Assembly (NCBI RefSeq): GCF_021869535.1
Contig: NW_026262670.1
Coordinates: 558,001-622,000 of the forward strand
Length of the DNA: 64,000 nt
Direction of reading: 5' to 3'
Source of the DNA: Mytilus californianus
Lineage: Eukaryota
Part shown: positions 39,801 through 53,300 of the stretch, piece by piece
Layout of the letters: each line of letters begins with the position of its first letter
How positions within the stretch are numbered: position 1 is the stretch's first letter
Notes under the pieces: generated by a model
The model's input: only the letters and a program-made list of their open reading frames with translations
Told to the model about the DNA's origin: nothing
The model's database searches: none
Program-made: the position numbers and the translations under genes

Positions 39801-41192
39801 TGGGATATAGCAGAAATCTTGATTCCAACTCAACAATGTTGACCTGCAATAACCTGCTGAATTGAGTTTTACTAGTACATCAATTTTGATATTATTTTAA
39901 GTGAAATTGCATAACAATTGAAAACATGTCATGTTGAGATAGTCTTTTCTTAACCACTCGAGACATCTGAACAGCTCTTCATTACTTTTTATAAGCCTTT
40001 CTTGTCTGAAATGTAATCTGTTGATGCAATATACATGTTTTCGAATCTTTTAAAGGTAGCAATCGAAAACTATGAAACTAATTAAAGTGACAATTATGAC
40101 AGTAAAGAAGTACTCTGGATAAATGTTGGTTTATCTATTTGTTAAATACGCACACAACAACCTGTCTTTATCTATTTTATAGTTTAAATTGAGATTTGAA
40201 GCTTTCAATAACTTCGAGTTGTTTTAAATTTGTCTTTTTTCCAATCTAATTAGAACTTTAAATTCCTTTAATATGTCCTTGATGCGCGACATATCAGAAC
40301 AGACTCAATAATAAGTTTTAATTAGATAGCCTTTTGCCATCTCTTTAGTTGTTTTTGTGCCAGTATTGATTTTAAGTGGCAAACCCTTTTTAACTGATTT
40401 TTATATTTATAATTTTGTTCTAATGTTATGCTGATCATCACAGTTTCAGGTTAGGAGGATGGAAGGGAGCTCACAAACATGTTTCTCTGTCCTATTTTAT
40501 GTATTTGTCTAAAGAAAATAACAAGTCGGAAACAGAATAAAAATGATATATGCAAAACATTTATCATCCTGCAGAACAAAATCTATAAGAAACTCGACCA
40601 ATAGAAGCGTTTTGAGTCGGTCTCAATATTCAACTTTATTGAAGTACCGAATTCTTAGGATGAATATTTATTTTTGAAGGGAAAATAATAAAAAAAATTA
40701 TAAAATCGATGATTCTAACATGTAAATTTCAAGTCTTTCACAATAACTAGACTAGATCATCGACGATGCTAATCAGTAGCTCAATCATTCATTTGACTTT
40801 GTAATATATTTAAAGATCGTAAAAGTAAATGGCTAGGTAGAAATACTTACAACGAGAATTACCATGAAATTAATTTAAATTGGTGAATGTGTCCTTATCT
40901 GTATGAATATGTAAATTTCAGCTATAGTGTAGTTTCATATTTATCACTTTTCTTAAAATGGATTCTTTAGTAAAATGATGATGAATAGGTTTTGAAAATT
41001 TTAAAGAATGGGGCAAATATCAACATTAAACAGTCAAACATCATATCATAATTATTGTAATATCATATCTTAATCATAATACTTAAACCTACATGTCGTA
41101 TTAATTAAAGAAATGTGTATGCTGGTCCTCTCCCTTGCAACATACGGGTATCTGAGACAAACAGATAAAGTACAGGGAAACAGTCTAAGAAA

Positions 41193-41640
41193 TATGGGAT
41201 AAACAATAATGACACAATAACCCACATGGGGTTAACAATAATGACACGATAACCCACGTAGGGTAAACAATAATGACACGATGACCCACGTGGGGTATAC
41301 AATAATGACACGATTACCCACGTGGGGTATACAATAATGACACGATAACCCACGTGGGGTATACAATAATGACACGATAACCCACGAAGGGTAAACAATA
41401 ATGACACGATAACCCACGTGGGGTATACAATAATGACACGATAACCCACGTGGGGTATACAATAATGACACGATAACCCACGTGGGGTATACAATAATGA
41501 CACGATAACCCACATAGGGTAAACAATAATGACACGATAACCCACGTGGGGTGAACAATAATGACACGATAACCCACGTGGGGGTATACAATAATGACAC
41601 GATAACCCACGTGGGGTATACAATAATGACACGATAACCC
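41193..41640. repeat. 32-bp minisatellite, ~14 copies
   Basis: Unit ACAATAATGACACGATAACCCACGTGGGGTAT. Confidence 0.95.
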
Positions 41641-42171
41641 ACTACACACAAAAAACTAAAAAAAATATATAGAAGTCAACATATGTTGAAAAACCTCGCC
41701 CGTAATTATAAATTATGTAATTCATTGACCGCTCCCGACAAGGCATATTTTAGCGGCGATCGATGTCTTTCAAAATTACTACACTTTTCTTGTATCCCTG
41801 GTGCTTTCGACTGGAGAACCGTCGTACACAAGCATCGCACAAGTTGGAACTCCGAGGCGGGTGGGGAGCAAGAAGGTGAACTGTGGTTTATTTTTATCAA
41901 TAGTACCGCTTAAGTCGACGCTAGGGGCCGTCTTGACCTTGTTGTAGGGTATGAATGATTCGTTCATTGTTGAAGACCCTACATCAACTGTCAAGATGAA
42001 GAACAGGAATAAAAGCCCTGTTCATTGATAATTTTCTATGTTTTCTATGTATTGTGTGCGATTTTGTCCCATGTACATTTACTCCATATCCTTTTATTTT
42101 CTATAGTCTTCGATAACCGACAGATGTGAAAAAAATTAACCCATCATAGATACCAGGATTATAATTTTGCG

Positions 42172-42213
42172 TGCCAGACGCGCGTTTCGTCTACAAAAGA
42201 CTAATCAGTGACG
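42172..42213 (-). ncRNA. Near-intact minimal type-I hammerhead ribozyme (G8 changed to U)
   Basis: Minus strand reads CGTCA CTGATTA GTCT-TTTGT-AGAC GAAAC GCGC GTC TGGCA. Confidence 0.75.
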
Positions 42214-44384
42214 CTCGAATCAAAAAAATTAAAAAGGCCAAATAGAATTAAATGTCACGCCCTAAATCGCATTTTAGTGTGATTTCTTTTCTTCAGGCCT
42301 TTATGTGTCATGGTACTTCTAAAATGCGTGTATAGAACATGGGGTCCAGTTTTCGAGGAAAGGGAATGGGGCGTTAATGTCGGTAATGGTAAAAGTATCG
42401 AAAAGGAATTTGAAGATTTTATGCTAAAAACATTTCAGCCCTACCTTGAATTCACCACTGTTTTGAGCTAGCTTTCAGAAACAGATCGATACTTTGTGTC
42501 TATAGTCTTTTTTTATTATTGTTTGTCTTTTTTTTTTATTATTGTGGTGTACCAATCTCATGAGTCGAGCTCTTCTTAACTGATTTTTACAGTTATTTTA
42601 TGTAGTAACACCACTGTCCCTGGTCAGGGCAGAGTTGGACGCCCGTAAAGATGTTTAAATTCCGCTAGATTTTGTATGTGTTGTTCTAAGTCGGGAGTAT
42701 GTGATTCAATGGTTATCGTTTGTTGCTGTATATCATGTTTGTGTTTCGATTATTGTTCTATACATAACTCAGGATGTTAGTTTTTAAATTCGAATTGTTT
42801 CACATTTTGTCATGTCGGAAACTTTAAATCTTGCAATACGGTATGGGTCTTGCTCAATGTTGAGGGCTGTATGGAGACCTATAGTTGCTAACATCTATGC
42901 TATTTGGCTCGGATGGATAGTTGCCTCATTGGCAATCATACCACATCTTCTTGTTGATATCAAATATATATATATGTGCGTCCTGAATTCTATAATTATT
43001 TCCCATCTATGGAACGCGTAAACCACATTATAGATAATAATAGTTTTACGGCGTAAATGATAGTTTTACGGTTGTCAAATATAGATTTTTTCGTAAATGC
43101 ATTAACGACCGGAAAATGAAATTTCGTAGCTCGTAAATGAAATTTCCCTCCGTCAAGGTGAACAATCCTATCTATCCTTTTTGTAGTTGTCATCTGGAAA
43201 TATTATAAGATGACTTCAACAAATTACTTTATGAACTTAGCTAATTTCTTTTCCCTTCAAAAAGCGTATATACATACAAATTCTTCAATATAACTAATTA
43301 AAACTTCACCTTCACTGGCAAGCAACAAATACATTAACCTTACCGGTGTCAAAAATCTTTAAATATTAAAGTCACCTACGATATCTGGCCCAGGGTATAT
43401 TGATAGTTATCAATCGCTATTTGATCCCTATTGGCAAAATACATCATGAATTGAGAATTGAAAATTAAAGGTTGCGAACTGGTTAATATAAATGAAGGCA
43501 TAGAATCTATAATTTATTGGTTAACTTGGTAGATATTCAATATATGATAATGCTGTGTATTGCTATGTCATGGGATATTGTTGTCTTTGTCGTTTTTATA
43601 TAAAAGAGTTGTTAGATGTTTTGAAAGAGAAATTAAGCTATGTACACTAAAGCAATTAGCTGCCAAGGTTGAAATTAAGTGTTCACCGGAATGAATGCAG
43701 TCCAATGTGTCTTTAATGTCTGTGATTGTAAAACTAGTTTTCGGACGCATAGTTAATATATTGTTGATCAATAAATTTCTTCTCATTTATTGACACAATC
43801 TTATTTACTTAAAATGCAACGATCCCACATATGCTTTTGTACTTTTTTTTATCAACACCTTACTTGAAAGTTTTACAAACTGGGCGTTCATAAAAAAAAA
43901 CGCAACTTCAAACGAACAGACGACTCAATTTATTTGATATTTTATGATGCATCTCTCTTTTAACTATAACAATTTATGTTCGATAAAATCGTGTTGATGA
44001 TTGATTAACCCTAGTTTGATACACAAGAACTAATACTATTGATTATATTTGATGATTGGGAGGATGATGGTCCAATGGCAAATATTACATGCATAACAGG
44101 ACGAGCACGCATTAATGTGATATGAATGAACCCTACTACACGAGTTATTCACGTGCTAGTTCTTAAAGTAACAGTCCGCATGTCGACCTACCCGGAAACA
44201 TTATTCCGACTCCGAGCAGTGTATTACTTAACCCTTGATGCCAGATGCTAAGCACAGAAGCAGCAAGTGCTATTTACGTCCATCAAATTATACACCGTCT
44301 AGATGATGATGTTGTGTTATGGTAAGCCGTTTATGATCTTAAGAAATAATTATAGATGATAAATCAATAGGGGAAAACTTTAAT

Positions 44385-45400
44385 TCTGAACGTAAAAAGC
44401 AAATGATTTAAGAACTACGGAATTGATGGTAGTCCAAATGCATGGGTTAAAAATTCCTAATGCATCGTCAACAGCGAGTCATTGTCAAAATGGTTAATTT
44501 TTCATCTTGCTCTGTCGACTCAGGAGTGCCCCCAGGGAACCGTCCTAGGACCCCTTCTTTTTCTATGGCAAATAAATGACATACCGCATATCACAAGTCT
44601 GTTTGTTTGCCGATGACTGTCTTTTATATAACACTTAACTTAATACAGGAACAACTTCAAATACAGAAAGACCTACAATCACTAGATAAATGGACAAAAG
44701 ACTAGGGAATGCGTTTTAACGACTAGCACGTGCTTTGTCATGTCAATTCACCGTAGCAGATCTCCGAGCACACATTTATAGTATCTTAGTAATCATATTC
44801 TAGAACAAGTCAATGAAAATTTGTATTTAGGTTTAATCATCAGCGATAAATTAAACTGGTGATCTCATATTAATCAAATCTGCGACAAAACAAACTTTAG
44901 TTTTATTAGCAGAAACCGTAAGCACTGCAACACACATTTCAAAGAAACCGCATACATCTCTCTTCTTCGTTTAGTTCTAAATTACTCTTACACTTTATGG
45001 ACCCATATCTACAGAAAGATGTTAACCGTATAGAGAGCACGCAACGAAATGATGCTAGGTTCGTTTGCAAAGACTGTGGGCGTACAAGTAGTGTCACCTC
45101 CATGATAAAGGATCTTGGATGGAAACCTCATGTGGAAAGGAGGCGAGAACAGCGTCTTGTACTACTACAGATACAAAATAGTGAACGACCTGGTAGTCAA
45201 CCCCGTTGAACACATCGAATATGATAACAGATCATCAAGAACTTCAAACCAAAAACTACTGAAAATTTTATCAGCAAATATTGACATTTACAAAAAAAAT
45301 TTTATTCCACAAACCACAAACGACTGGAACTCATTGTCAAACAGTGGTTTTAAGGCAGTTATCTCATATGACTAGTTGGGACATTAGCACAAACATCCTG
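44385..45400 (+). pseudogene. Decayed 5'-truncated non-LTR retrotransposon ORF2 (RT and thumb; CR1/L2/Jockey group)
   Basis: Translations across frameshifts give SGVP.QGTVLGPLLFL..INDI, LFADDC, YLGLIISDKLNW and WDPYLQKDVNRIESTQRNDARFV. Multiple stops and frameshifts. Confidence 0.9.
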
Positions 45401-45605
45401 GATAAGTTTAACTCAGCAATATTGAGTTCATTTCAAGTATAATACAGATATAGAGACCTATATATACATTTCCTTTACTTGAAGAACCATGCAGAAGTTT
45501 TAATAATGTTTTATCTTTTATTTTCTCACAATGTATTTATAATTTTTTGATCTTAATTGCTCAATACATATGTTCTTCAATTTTAGTGATTATTGAAAGC
45601 GTAGC

Positions 45606-46718
45606 GTCCAGGGAACAATATATATCATAGAAAAACAAAGGATATGGGTATCCGTCCAGGGGACAATATATATCATAGAAAAACAAAGGATATGGGTATC
45701 CGTCCAGTGGACAATATATATCATAGAAAAACAAAGGATATGGGTATCCGTCCAAGGGACAATATATATCATAGAAAAACAAAGGATATGGGTATCCGTC
45801 CAGTGGACAATACATATCATAGAAAAACAAAGGATATGGGTATCCGTCCAGGGGACAATATATATCATAGAAAAACAAAGGAGATGGGTATCCGTCTAGA
45901 GGACAATGTATATCATAGAAAAACAAAGGATATGGTTATTCGTCCAGGGGACAATATATATCATAGAAAAACAAAGGATATGGGTATCCGTCCAGTGGAC
46001 AATATATATCATAGAAAAACAAAGGATATGGGTATTCGTCCAGGGGACAATATGTATCATAGAAAAACAAAGGATATGGGTATCCGTCCAGGGGACAATA
46101 TTTATCATAGAAAAACAAAGGATATGGGTATCCGTCCAGTGGACAATATATATCATAGAAAAACAAAGGATATGGGTACCCGTCTAGTGGACAATATATA
46201 TTATAGAAAAACAAAGGATATGGGTATCCATCCAGGGGACAATATATATCATAGAAAAACAAAGGAGATGGGTATCCGTCCAGAGGACAATATATATCAT
46301 AGAAAAACAAAGGATATGGGTATTCGTCCAGGGGACAATATATATCATAGAAAAACAAAGGATATGGGTATCCGTCCAGTGGACAATATATATCATAGAA
46401 AAACAAAGGATATGAGTATCCGTCCAGTGGACAATATATATCATAAAAAAACAAAGGATATGGGTATCCGTCCAGGGGACAATATATATATCATGGAAAA
46501 ACAAAGGATATGAGTATCCGTCCAGTGGACAATATATATCATAGAAAAACAAAGGATATGGGTATCCGTCCAGGGCCAATATATATCATAGAAAAACAAA
46601 GGATATGAGTATCCGTCCAGTGGACAATATATATCATAGAAAAACAAAGGATATGGGTATCCGTCCAGGGGACAATATATATATCATAGAAAAACAAAGG
46701 ATATGAGTATCTGTCCAT
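45606..46718. repeat. 48-bp minisatellite, ~23 copies
   Basis: Unit TCCAGGGGACAATATATATCATAGAAAAACAAAGGATATGGGTATCCG. Source of the 289-aa MGIRPGDNIYHRKTKD-repeat ORF. Confidence 0.95.
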
Positions 46719-46919
46719 GACACAAAATCAGTACATACACAGCAAAAAAACACACAAAAAGCAAAGGAACAGTATTTTTATTTCTGTTCTTCGTCTCAAA
46801 TCGCAGTGACTATTTCTTTTTAAAAAGATACATGTAAAGATACGGTAACTGAACGTATTCAGGATTTGTCAATTATATTTTAATTAAATGAACACATATA
46901 GTGTATGCCTAGCTTATAG

Positions 46920-46982
46920 TACGAATTTGGAATGCATCATAAAGTTTCATCAATTGAATGGTTATTTTGCAGCTCTTTAAAG
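46920..46982 (+). CDS. Candidate exon (phase 0-0), YEFGMHHKVSSIEWLFCSSLK, or a 10-nt microexon 46973-46982
   Basis: Consensus donor AAG|GTAAGT. Alternative acceptors CTTATAG| and TTATTTTGCAG|. Confidence 0.25.
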
Positions 46983-47688
46983 GTAAGTACATGGATGTTT
47001 TCGACAAATTATATAATACTCCTAGTAAATTCTCAATAGATATAAAAAAATGTATCAAAGATTTAACAGCGCAAAACATATATATGTAATAAGATCATCA
47101 AGTCACTCATGTATCGGTACTTACAATTAATTCAACAGTACCAATAAAATACATTTACGCACCATGCTCTTCCTAGTACGAAAAGATATTTATAGCAAAA
47201 AAGTACAAATTTATAACTAAATTGGATAATGATGTTTAGGCCTAAAATAAAAATTCCATTGATTTTCTATGTTAGTTCAGAGTGTACAGAACAGATTATT
47301 TATGAGCTTGATTTCACTTTTATTTAGTTGCTCGTACTTGACCGGGAACCAGAATGTCCTACCACACCCGTCGAACAATTATACACTCCGAGTCAAAACT
47401 CGGTAATATGAAAACGGACTATTCTCAGTGATTTCAGAAACACATGCTCTGTGCACATTACTTAGTATCATAGAACATCTGTCAAACAAGCTGTCCGAGA
47501 TTAACTCAGCTCTACATCAAATCACAATCCACGGCTTATGCTTGAACTGGTATTAATCACTTCGATCTGGATTTTGGTGAACAGTTTGACACAATCTTCT
47601 CCTGTGTTGATAGATTGAAGAAAACCTATTGTTTCTATTATGAAAACACAAAAGTAATTTTCCGATTTTCATCATATTGATGTCTTAC

Positions 47689-47755
47689 CTGCCAACTTTT
47701 GAAAATCCCAAAAAGGAGCGAGATCGGGTACGTCGACAGGGTAAGCGTCACATAA
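47689..47755 (-). CDS. Candidate exon, LCDAYPVDVPDLAPFWDFQKLA (second open frame YVTLTLSTYPISLLFGIFKSWQ)
   Basis: Acceptor GATTTTTCAG|, donor CAG|GTAAGA. The plus strand also gives MSYLPTFENPKKERDRVRRQ with donor AGG|GTAAGC, so strand is unresolved. Confidence 0.3.
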
Positions 47756-48202
47756 CTGAAAAATCCCAACGGACAAAACACTGACAATTCAGTATATTCT
47801 TTTTGACGTTTGTTTTAGACAAATATAACAGTAAACCAATCGATGAAGTTTCCCTAAAAAGACCTTGATGATACCCTGTTGTAAATAGATTTGATGGTTT
47901 TTTGTTGTTTCGAATCCATGTACATTTCTTCGTCGGTTAACGAATGTTAGAATTATACTTTTAACCATATTTGCGCCGTTTAAATAAATGATCACATCTG
48001 TGTATATGTTCCATGACAAACATTATGCACCCCCTTTTTTTCGGGGACGGAAAGGAAGTCGTCATTCTGTGGCAGTTTGATAAAGCGTTAGGCCTTTATT
48101 CAGTTGTTGAAGAACAACCAGCAAATGTCAAAATGAAAAAAAAATAGGAATTATTAAAGCTCTGTTTTATAAATTTTCTTCCCATGCACATTCAAAACTG
48201 AC

Positions 48203-48361
48203 CAGTGGCAGATTCAAGGGGGAGGCGTAGAAGGAGATTTTTTTTGTTGTTGTATAACATCGTCAAAAAAAATTTTAGAATCGCTACGCTCTGAAAACGT
48301 TTTACATTTTGGACGATTAAGACATACACACCCTATTTTTCAAACCCTGAATCCGCCCCTG
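48203..48361. mobile_element. ~160-bp MITE with CAG...CTG termini (hAT-like)
   Basis: CAGTGGCAGATTCAAGG / CCCTGAATCCGCCCCTG. No TSD seen. Confidence 0.6.
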
Positions 48362-49251
48362 TCATCCCTTCTTTTCAAATCAATATAATGACATTGTCAT
48401 TTAGTATGACATCGATGACGAAAGGTTAACAACTTATTTATTACTTATAATATATTTATTTCGACTTGTCTATTGCAAATATATATTGCAATGTCATATG
48501 GTATTGAACACAACAACATTTCAATAGAATATGATTTATGTGTTTATTAATTGTGAGGGAGTTAATGTGTTTATTTCTGTAAATGAATAAAATGTTTTAA
48601 CTTTATCTAGTAATTATATGATTTTAAAGCATGAAGGTGATTTGAAAAATATAAGAATAATTGTATCATATAATCTCAAAACATTAACAGCGATGTGATA
48701 TTTTAATGTAATGATTTTCTCTCTCGCCTTTCACTGAAAAGAGCATTTGTGGTCTGAAATTGATCCCATAGTTTTATTTTTCATTAATTACATTTTTATT
48801 GGCCTGAATAATTAAGAAAAACTAATTTGGAAAGCCGTTATTTTAAATCGTATGGAAAACAACGTGTTGTTTTATCTTCTTTGGGGTTCTACTTCTTGAC
48901 CCTTCTCTTTAATGTCGTATATCTAATAACTAACTTTAATAGAAAAAAACAAAGGATATGAGGTATCAATCCATGACACAAAATCAGTATATGCACAGCA
49001 GAAAAAAACCACACAAATAGCAAAGGAACGAGGCTTTTAATGATGTTCTTCATCTCAAAGTCACATTACCCTTGTACAGTGTCGGTAACGGATGACATAC
49101 GCATATATTTGTCATTTATTAAAACGATCACCAATAATAGAGCATCAGATTGGTAAAGTTTGATGTTATTACAATAGGTCTAAATCATTTTGAAATGTGA
49201 AAAGCTCTTTTTAATATCTGTCAGTATCAAAATCAGGAAATGTAAGTATTT

Positions 49252-49751
49252 TACCGTCTACGCATGCCCAAGGCTAAAATATTCGAGTTTTCCAAACCTT
49301 AAACATATTTATGGGGGAGAGTTGATCGCCACCATATTTATGGGCCTGTCCTAAGCCACAAACCTGTATTGATCACATCCTTGCCCTTGGGTCTTTTGGT
49401 GCATGGCCAAATTAAGCAACTATACACCAAAAGACCAAAGGGCAAGGATGTGATCACTACAGGTCACAATACGGCATTTAACAATGAGCAAAACCCTTAC
49501 CGTATATATAGTAAACTATAAAAGGCCCCAGGATGACAAAAGGTATAACTATTTAAAAGAGTAAACCAACTTCCTCGTTTGTGCTCACACAACTATGACT
49601 GTCACACAACACGCAATTACAACCACCACTAGATTACAGGCTTGTGACTTAGGACAGACCCCTGTATAGGGTGGCGATCAACCCTTCCCCATAAATATGT
49701 TTAAGGTTTGGTATACTTGAATATTTTAGCATTGGGCATCCGTAGACGGTA
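49252..49751. other. Fold-back inverted duplication, ~155-bp arms and 17-nt spacer
   Basis: 49252-49404 is the reverse complement of 49422-49463 joined to 49641-49751. Confidence 0.85.
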
Positions 49752-50131
49752 CAATGCGTATAAATCCGTATCGAATGGATCAATCATATAGCGTTTTGTG
49801 ATATCAAAATGATTTTTTAAACAAAACTGTGTAGACTTTCCACTGAATTATCAAAATATCCAACACATTTTATGTAAAAAACCTTTAAAGGTATTTAACG
49901 AATTTCCTAAACAAAGTTTTTATGTCATTGCCGTCTGAAATGTAGCTCGTCCTGAATACTCTTATTTTTCTATTAGTTTTCTATATACATTTTTGTAGCT
50001 AGGAAGCATGGAAAATTTTCAACTTTTTTAACCCGAAACTGGTACTATTCCAGAGTACCACGAATAACTCCCAGTTTTTCGGTAGGCCTCGTGTTTCTCA
50101 GTCTTTAGTATACTTTGTTTTTTAAGGGGCT

Positions 50132-50384
50132 TTGTATAACGCCATTTTCAGCGACCTTGGCTTTATAATGTCGGCCAAATTTTATACGTAGAGGAAAATG
50201 GAGTACCTTGATAGAACCATCGCCCTTCTGGAGAAAAACTGACAACCTGTGTCATTTTAGATCGAAGTCAATAGCACCTCGATATGAACGCGTTCGAACT
50301 CAACAACCTCAGAGTTGACAGGGTCAGTGATCAACCTTTTACCGGCTATCACTGTAATACATAGACCACTCGGTCACCGATGCC
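50132..50384 (-). mobile_element. tRNA-derived SINE (V-domain-like), minus strand
   Basis: A box GGTGACCGAGTGG, B box GTGAGTTCGAAC. Body colinear with 33943-34228. Confidence 0.65.
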
Positions 50385-53300
50385 TAATATTTTTTTAATT
50401 TAATTTTCTTGGTTCTAAGGTATTGTTTTTTTTAAACCTTTATTGCCAACACTTGCAATTTGGCGTCCGTCGTCGTCCGTTGTCGTCGTAAACTTTTTCA
50501 AAGATCTTCTCCTCTGAACCAAACTTGAGGTGAACTATCCTTATATTATCGAGTATAAAGTTTGTGTTTTGTTCCCCCTTTTTCCTGTTGTTTTGGTTTT
50601 TGGGAATATTTTGGGGGTAAGAGGGGATGGAGGAGGCTTTTCAAACTTTTGACGCTGCAAGGCTACACATTTTAATTCTTTCGGTTGCGACAAATTCGGC
50701 ATGGTTTTTAACTTTTGGTAATTCAATAGCTAAATTTTATTTCCATCAAAGAGATATCACGAAGCAATCACACATACATATTTATTGAAAGTATTTGTAA
50801 TCAAATATGTTTGAAGGACGGTTGTACATTTTGCCAGCCTAGTAAAACGTTTTTTGATAATTTGTCTATATGTAATTTCAAATCACAGTTTTATTACTTC
50901 AATTTGTAATCCTATTTTACAATTTTAAAGTTCACGACAGCGTGTGTTGATACGACACAGACAGTGTTCCTCTCTTTGCATGTGGTAATTTATCCTTTAA
51001 TAACATACCATACACAATTAAACATACATTATTATTTTCAAATATTAGCAGTTGGTTCTTTTTACAATAAGGTAAAAAGAAATAAAAAAGCAATTACAGA
51101 AGTTTACACTATAACATGCATTTCAGTGCTTTAAAATATTTTATGTTTACAATCTCTTGACTTTTTCAACTTTTGTTTATTGTAGATTTATTACTGTTTT
51201 GTTCAAGGACAAGTGAAGGTGTACTAAGAGTACATTCTGTAAAATTGATGTTTTTAAAAGGACTTTGATATAGATATATCAATATTTCTTTTCTTTTTAT
51301 CCCTCCCTTTTTAGAGTAGATTACGAAAAAGAAACTCATTTACTTAGTATTAAGACGTTTCTTTTAATTGAATATTTTACAGCTTTAATATTGAGTGCAA
51401 AGATTGTTGGCTATCATTTTTACGTTTCGACTCCTGTTTTACGTGTCTGCACCAAAGTAATTAAAGAAAATATGAAAGTCTGAAAACTTCCAAAAATTGC
51501 AAATACTCGAAGTAAAACATATTTTCTCTTTTACAGATAATAAAAAACAACATAATGTCATTGTGGGGGAAAAACCAGAGGTCCCTTGTCCTGACCCGAT
51601 GCCAACGTTACGTATGGCGTTGTTTACTTCCATTAGCTGATAGAGTTTTGAATTTCTGATGTAAGAAACAAAGACAACAAATATTTCAGAAAATCTTCTA
51701 AATGTAAAAAACAATTGAGGGAACATTTGAACTGTAGTCATATAAATGTCCTAACAGCAAAATTAAATGTTATTTAACATGATTTTTTTATCCAGTTGTC
51801 GTTACCACAATTTCGTCCTCTTATCCTCGAATGAGACTTATCACCAACTTTGTACTGTGCATCCTGTGTAGTAAAATTGGCAACGTTAATGTTATTTTCA
51901 GTTATGACCAAAATAGCATCTTTTTTCGTGAGTATCTTATTCGAAGGAATGCTCTTGATGAAGACATCAGGAAATATCCATCCATATAGTCGGAGTCAAA
52001 AATCATTTAAGACAAGTTTTCGCTCTAACAAATATATGATGCCGCATGACTTTAGTTTTCATTTTTAAATGTTAAATGTACATTAAGATCTTCATCAACA
52101 ATATATTATTTTAATACTATTAAAAACTTTTAATTTCAATTTCAGTTAATATTATCTGAAGTTTCACATTTTGACCAAATTTGTCAATTTTTTATGTTTT
52201 CCTTATTATTATTCAAAATAAAAGATTTCATAGATTTTAATGGATTATATAAGTTTGTTTAAAATGACAACATAAAAGGTATCTGACATTAATAACATAG
52301 AGACTCAAACATTATTTACACCCACCAGCGTACTTCTGTCATAATTATGACGTAATTATACCGAATGGTGTTCTGGAACAAAAAAAAAACACAACCAAGA
52401 ATCGCGGTTAAAATTTCATTAAATTCGAATGATGTGAAATAATCGAAAATATGAATTCCTGAAGAAATGTGCTGATTTACGATCCTGTCAAACTAAAATT
52501 GTTAAGACAAATTTGCGAGAAAAAAAAATAACGATATACCTTTTTTTAGATTAAAGTAAAGAAATATAACAAAATGTCAATCCAAATTCTTTTTTTTAGA
52601 AAGGCAGACAATATTTAATACCATTGTCAAAATATAATATGAAAACCACCAAAACACTGCACAGAAAATTAAATACAAAAGAAAACAAAGGTTTACCAGG
52701 GTTCCAGAAGGATTAACGATTCCATCTACACTACTGAAATTCGATGCGTTACTTACAAAATATCATACACGCCATAGTTGGTGAACAATGCTGTGATCTT
52801 GAGTAAGTTAAGAAGTCAATTGTTAGTCGACTTCCTTTTCATTTCGACACGCAGACATGGATTATGTTCAAGATGATAATTACAAAGACTGTTTTTTTTT
52901 TATTTTAATTTGTAAAATTTTCTTCAATTGTTTTATGGAAAACAACTCTGCCTGGTAAAACGTTTAATTGTTGATTATTAACATGTAGTATTTATTTATA
53001 ACTCAGTAGTGGGGGATCTGAGTCAGTTGTTTTCTTAATTAGACTTTCTGTATAGAGCTTACAATGTTTGGGGAATACGAACTTTCATTTTGATGACCAA
53101 AAACCATTCCATAGTTCTGTAGTGAAGAAATCCCCTGATATTCATCATTTATGCTAGCAACCCAAAAGAAAACTATAAAATGCATGTTCTTGTTTGCCTT
53201 GTATCTGAGATAATATGTTTTATTTCAGCTCTATTCTGTAAACCCCATTGTTTTTTTGGGGTCACGATCATATTGTCCCCCGTAATGTAAAGTTTAGGTT

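Noticed and set aside
41193-41640. CRISPR-like 32-bp partly palindromic repeats (also the 27-, 38-, 48- and 55-bp arrays)
   Set aside because: Units are head-to-tail with no unique spacers, no cas genes are present, and the context is eukaryotic.
41683-41913. IPGAFDWRT resembling the papain-family PxxFDWR motif
   Set aside because: No following QGxCGSCW motif; the segment resembles a GC-rich mussel dispersed repeat.
45644-46513. 289-aa ORF as a real gene
   Set aside because: It lies wholly within a 48-bp minisatellite, later units have 2-bp frameshifts, unit variants mostly change amino acids, and antisense frames are open too.
47540-47720. Integrase-like words DTIFSCVDRLKK and CLTCQLLK
   Set aside because: The order is reversed relative to retroviral integrase, they are separated by a stop, and no other pol motifs occur.
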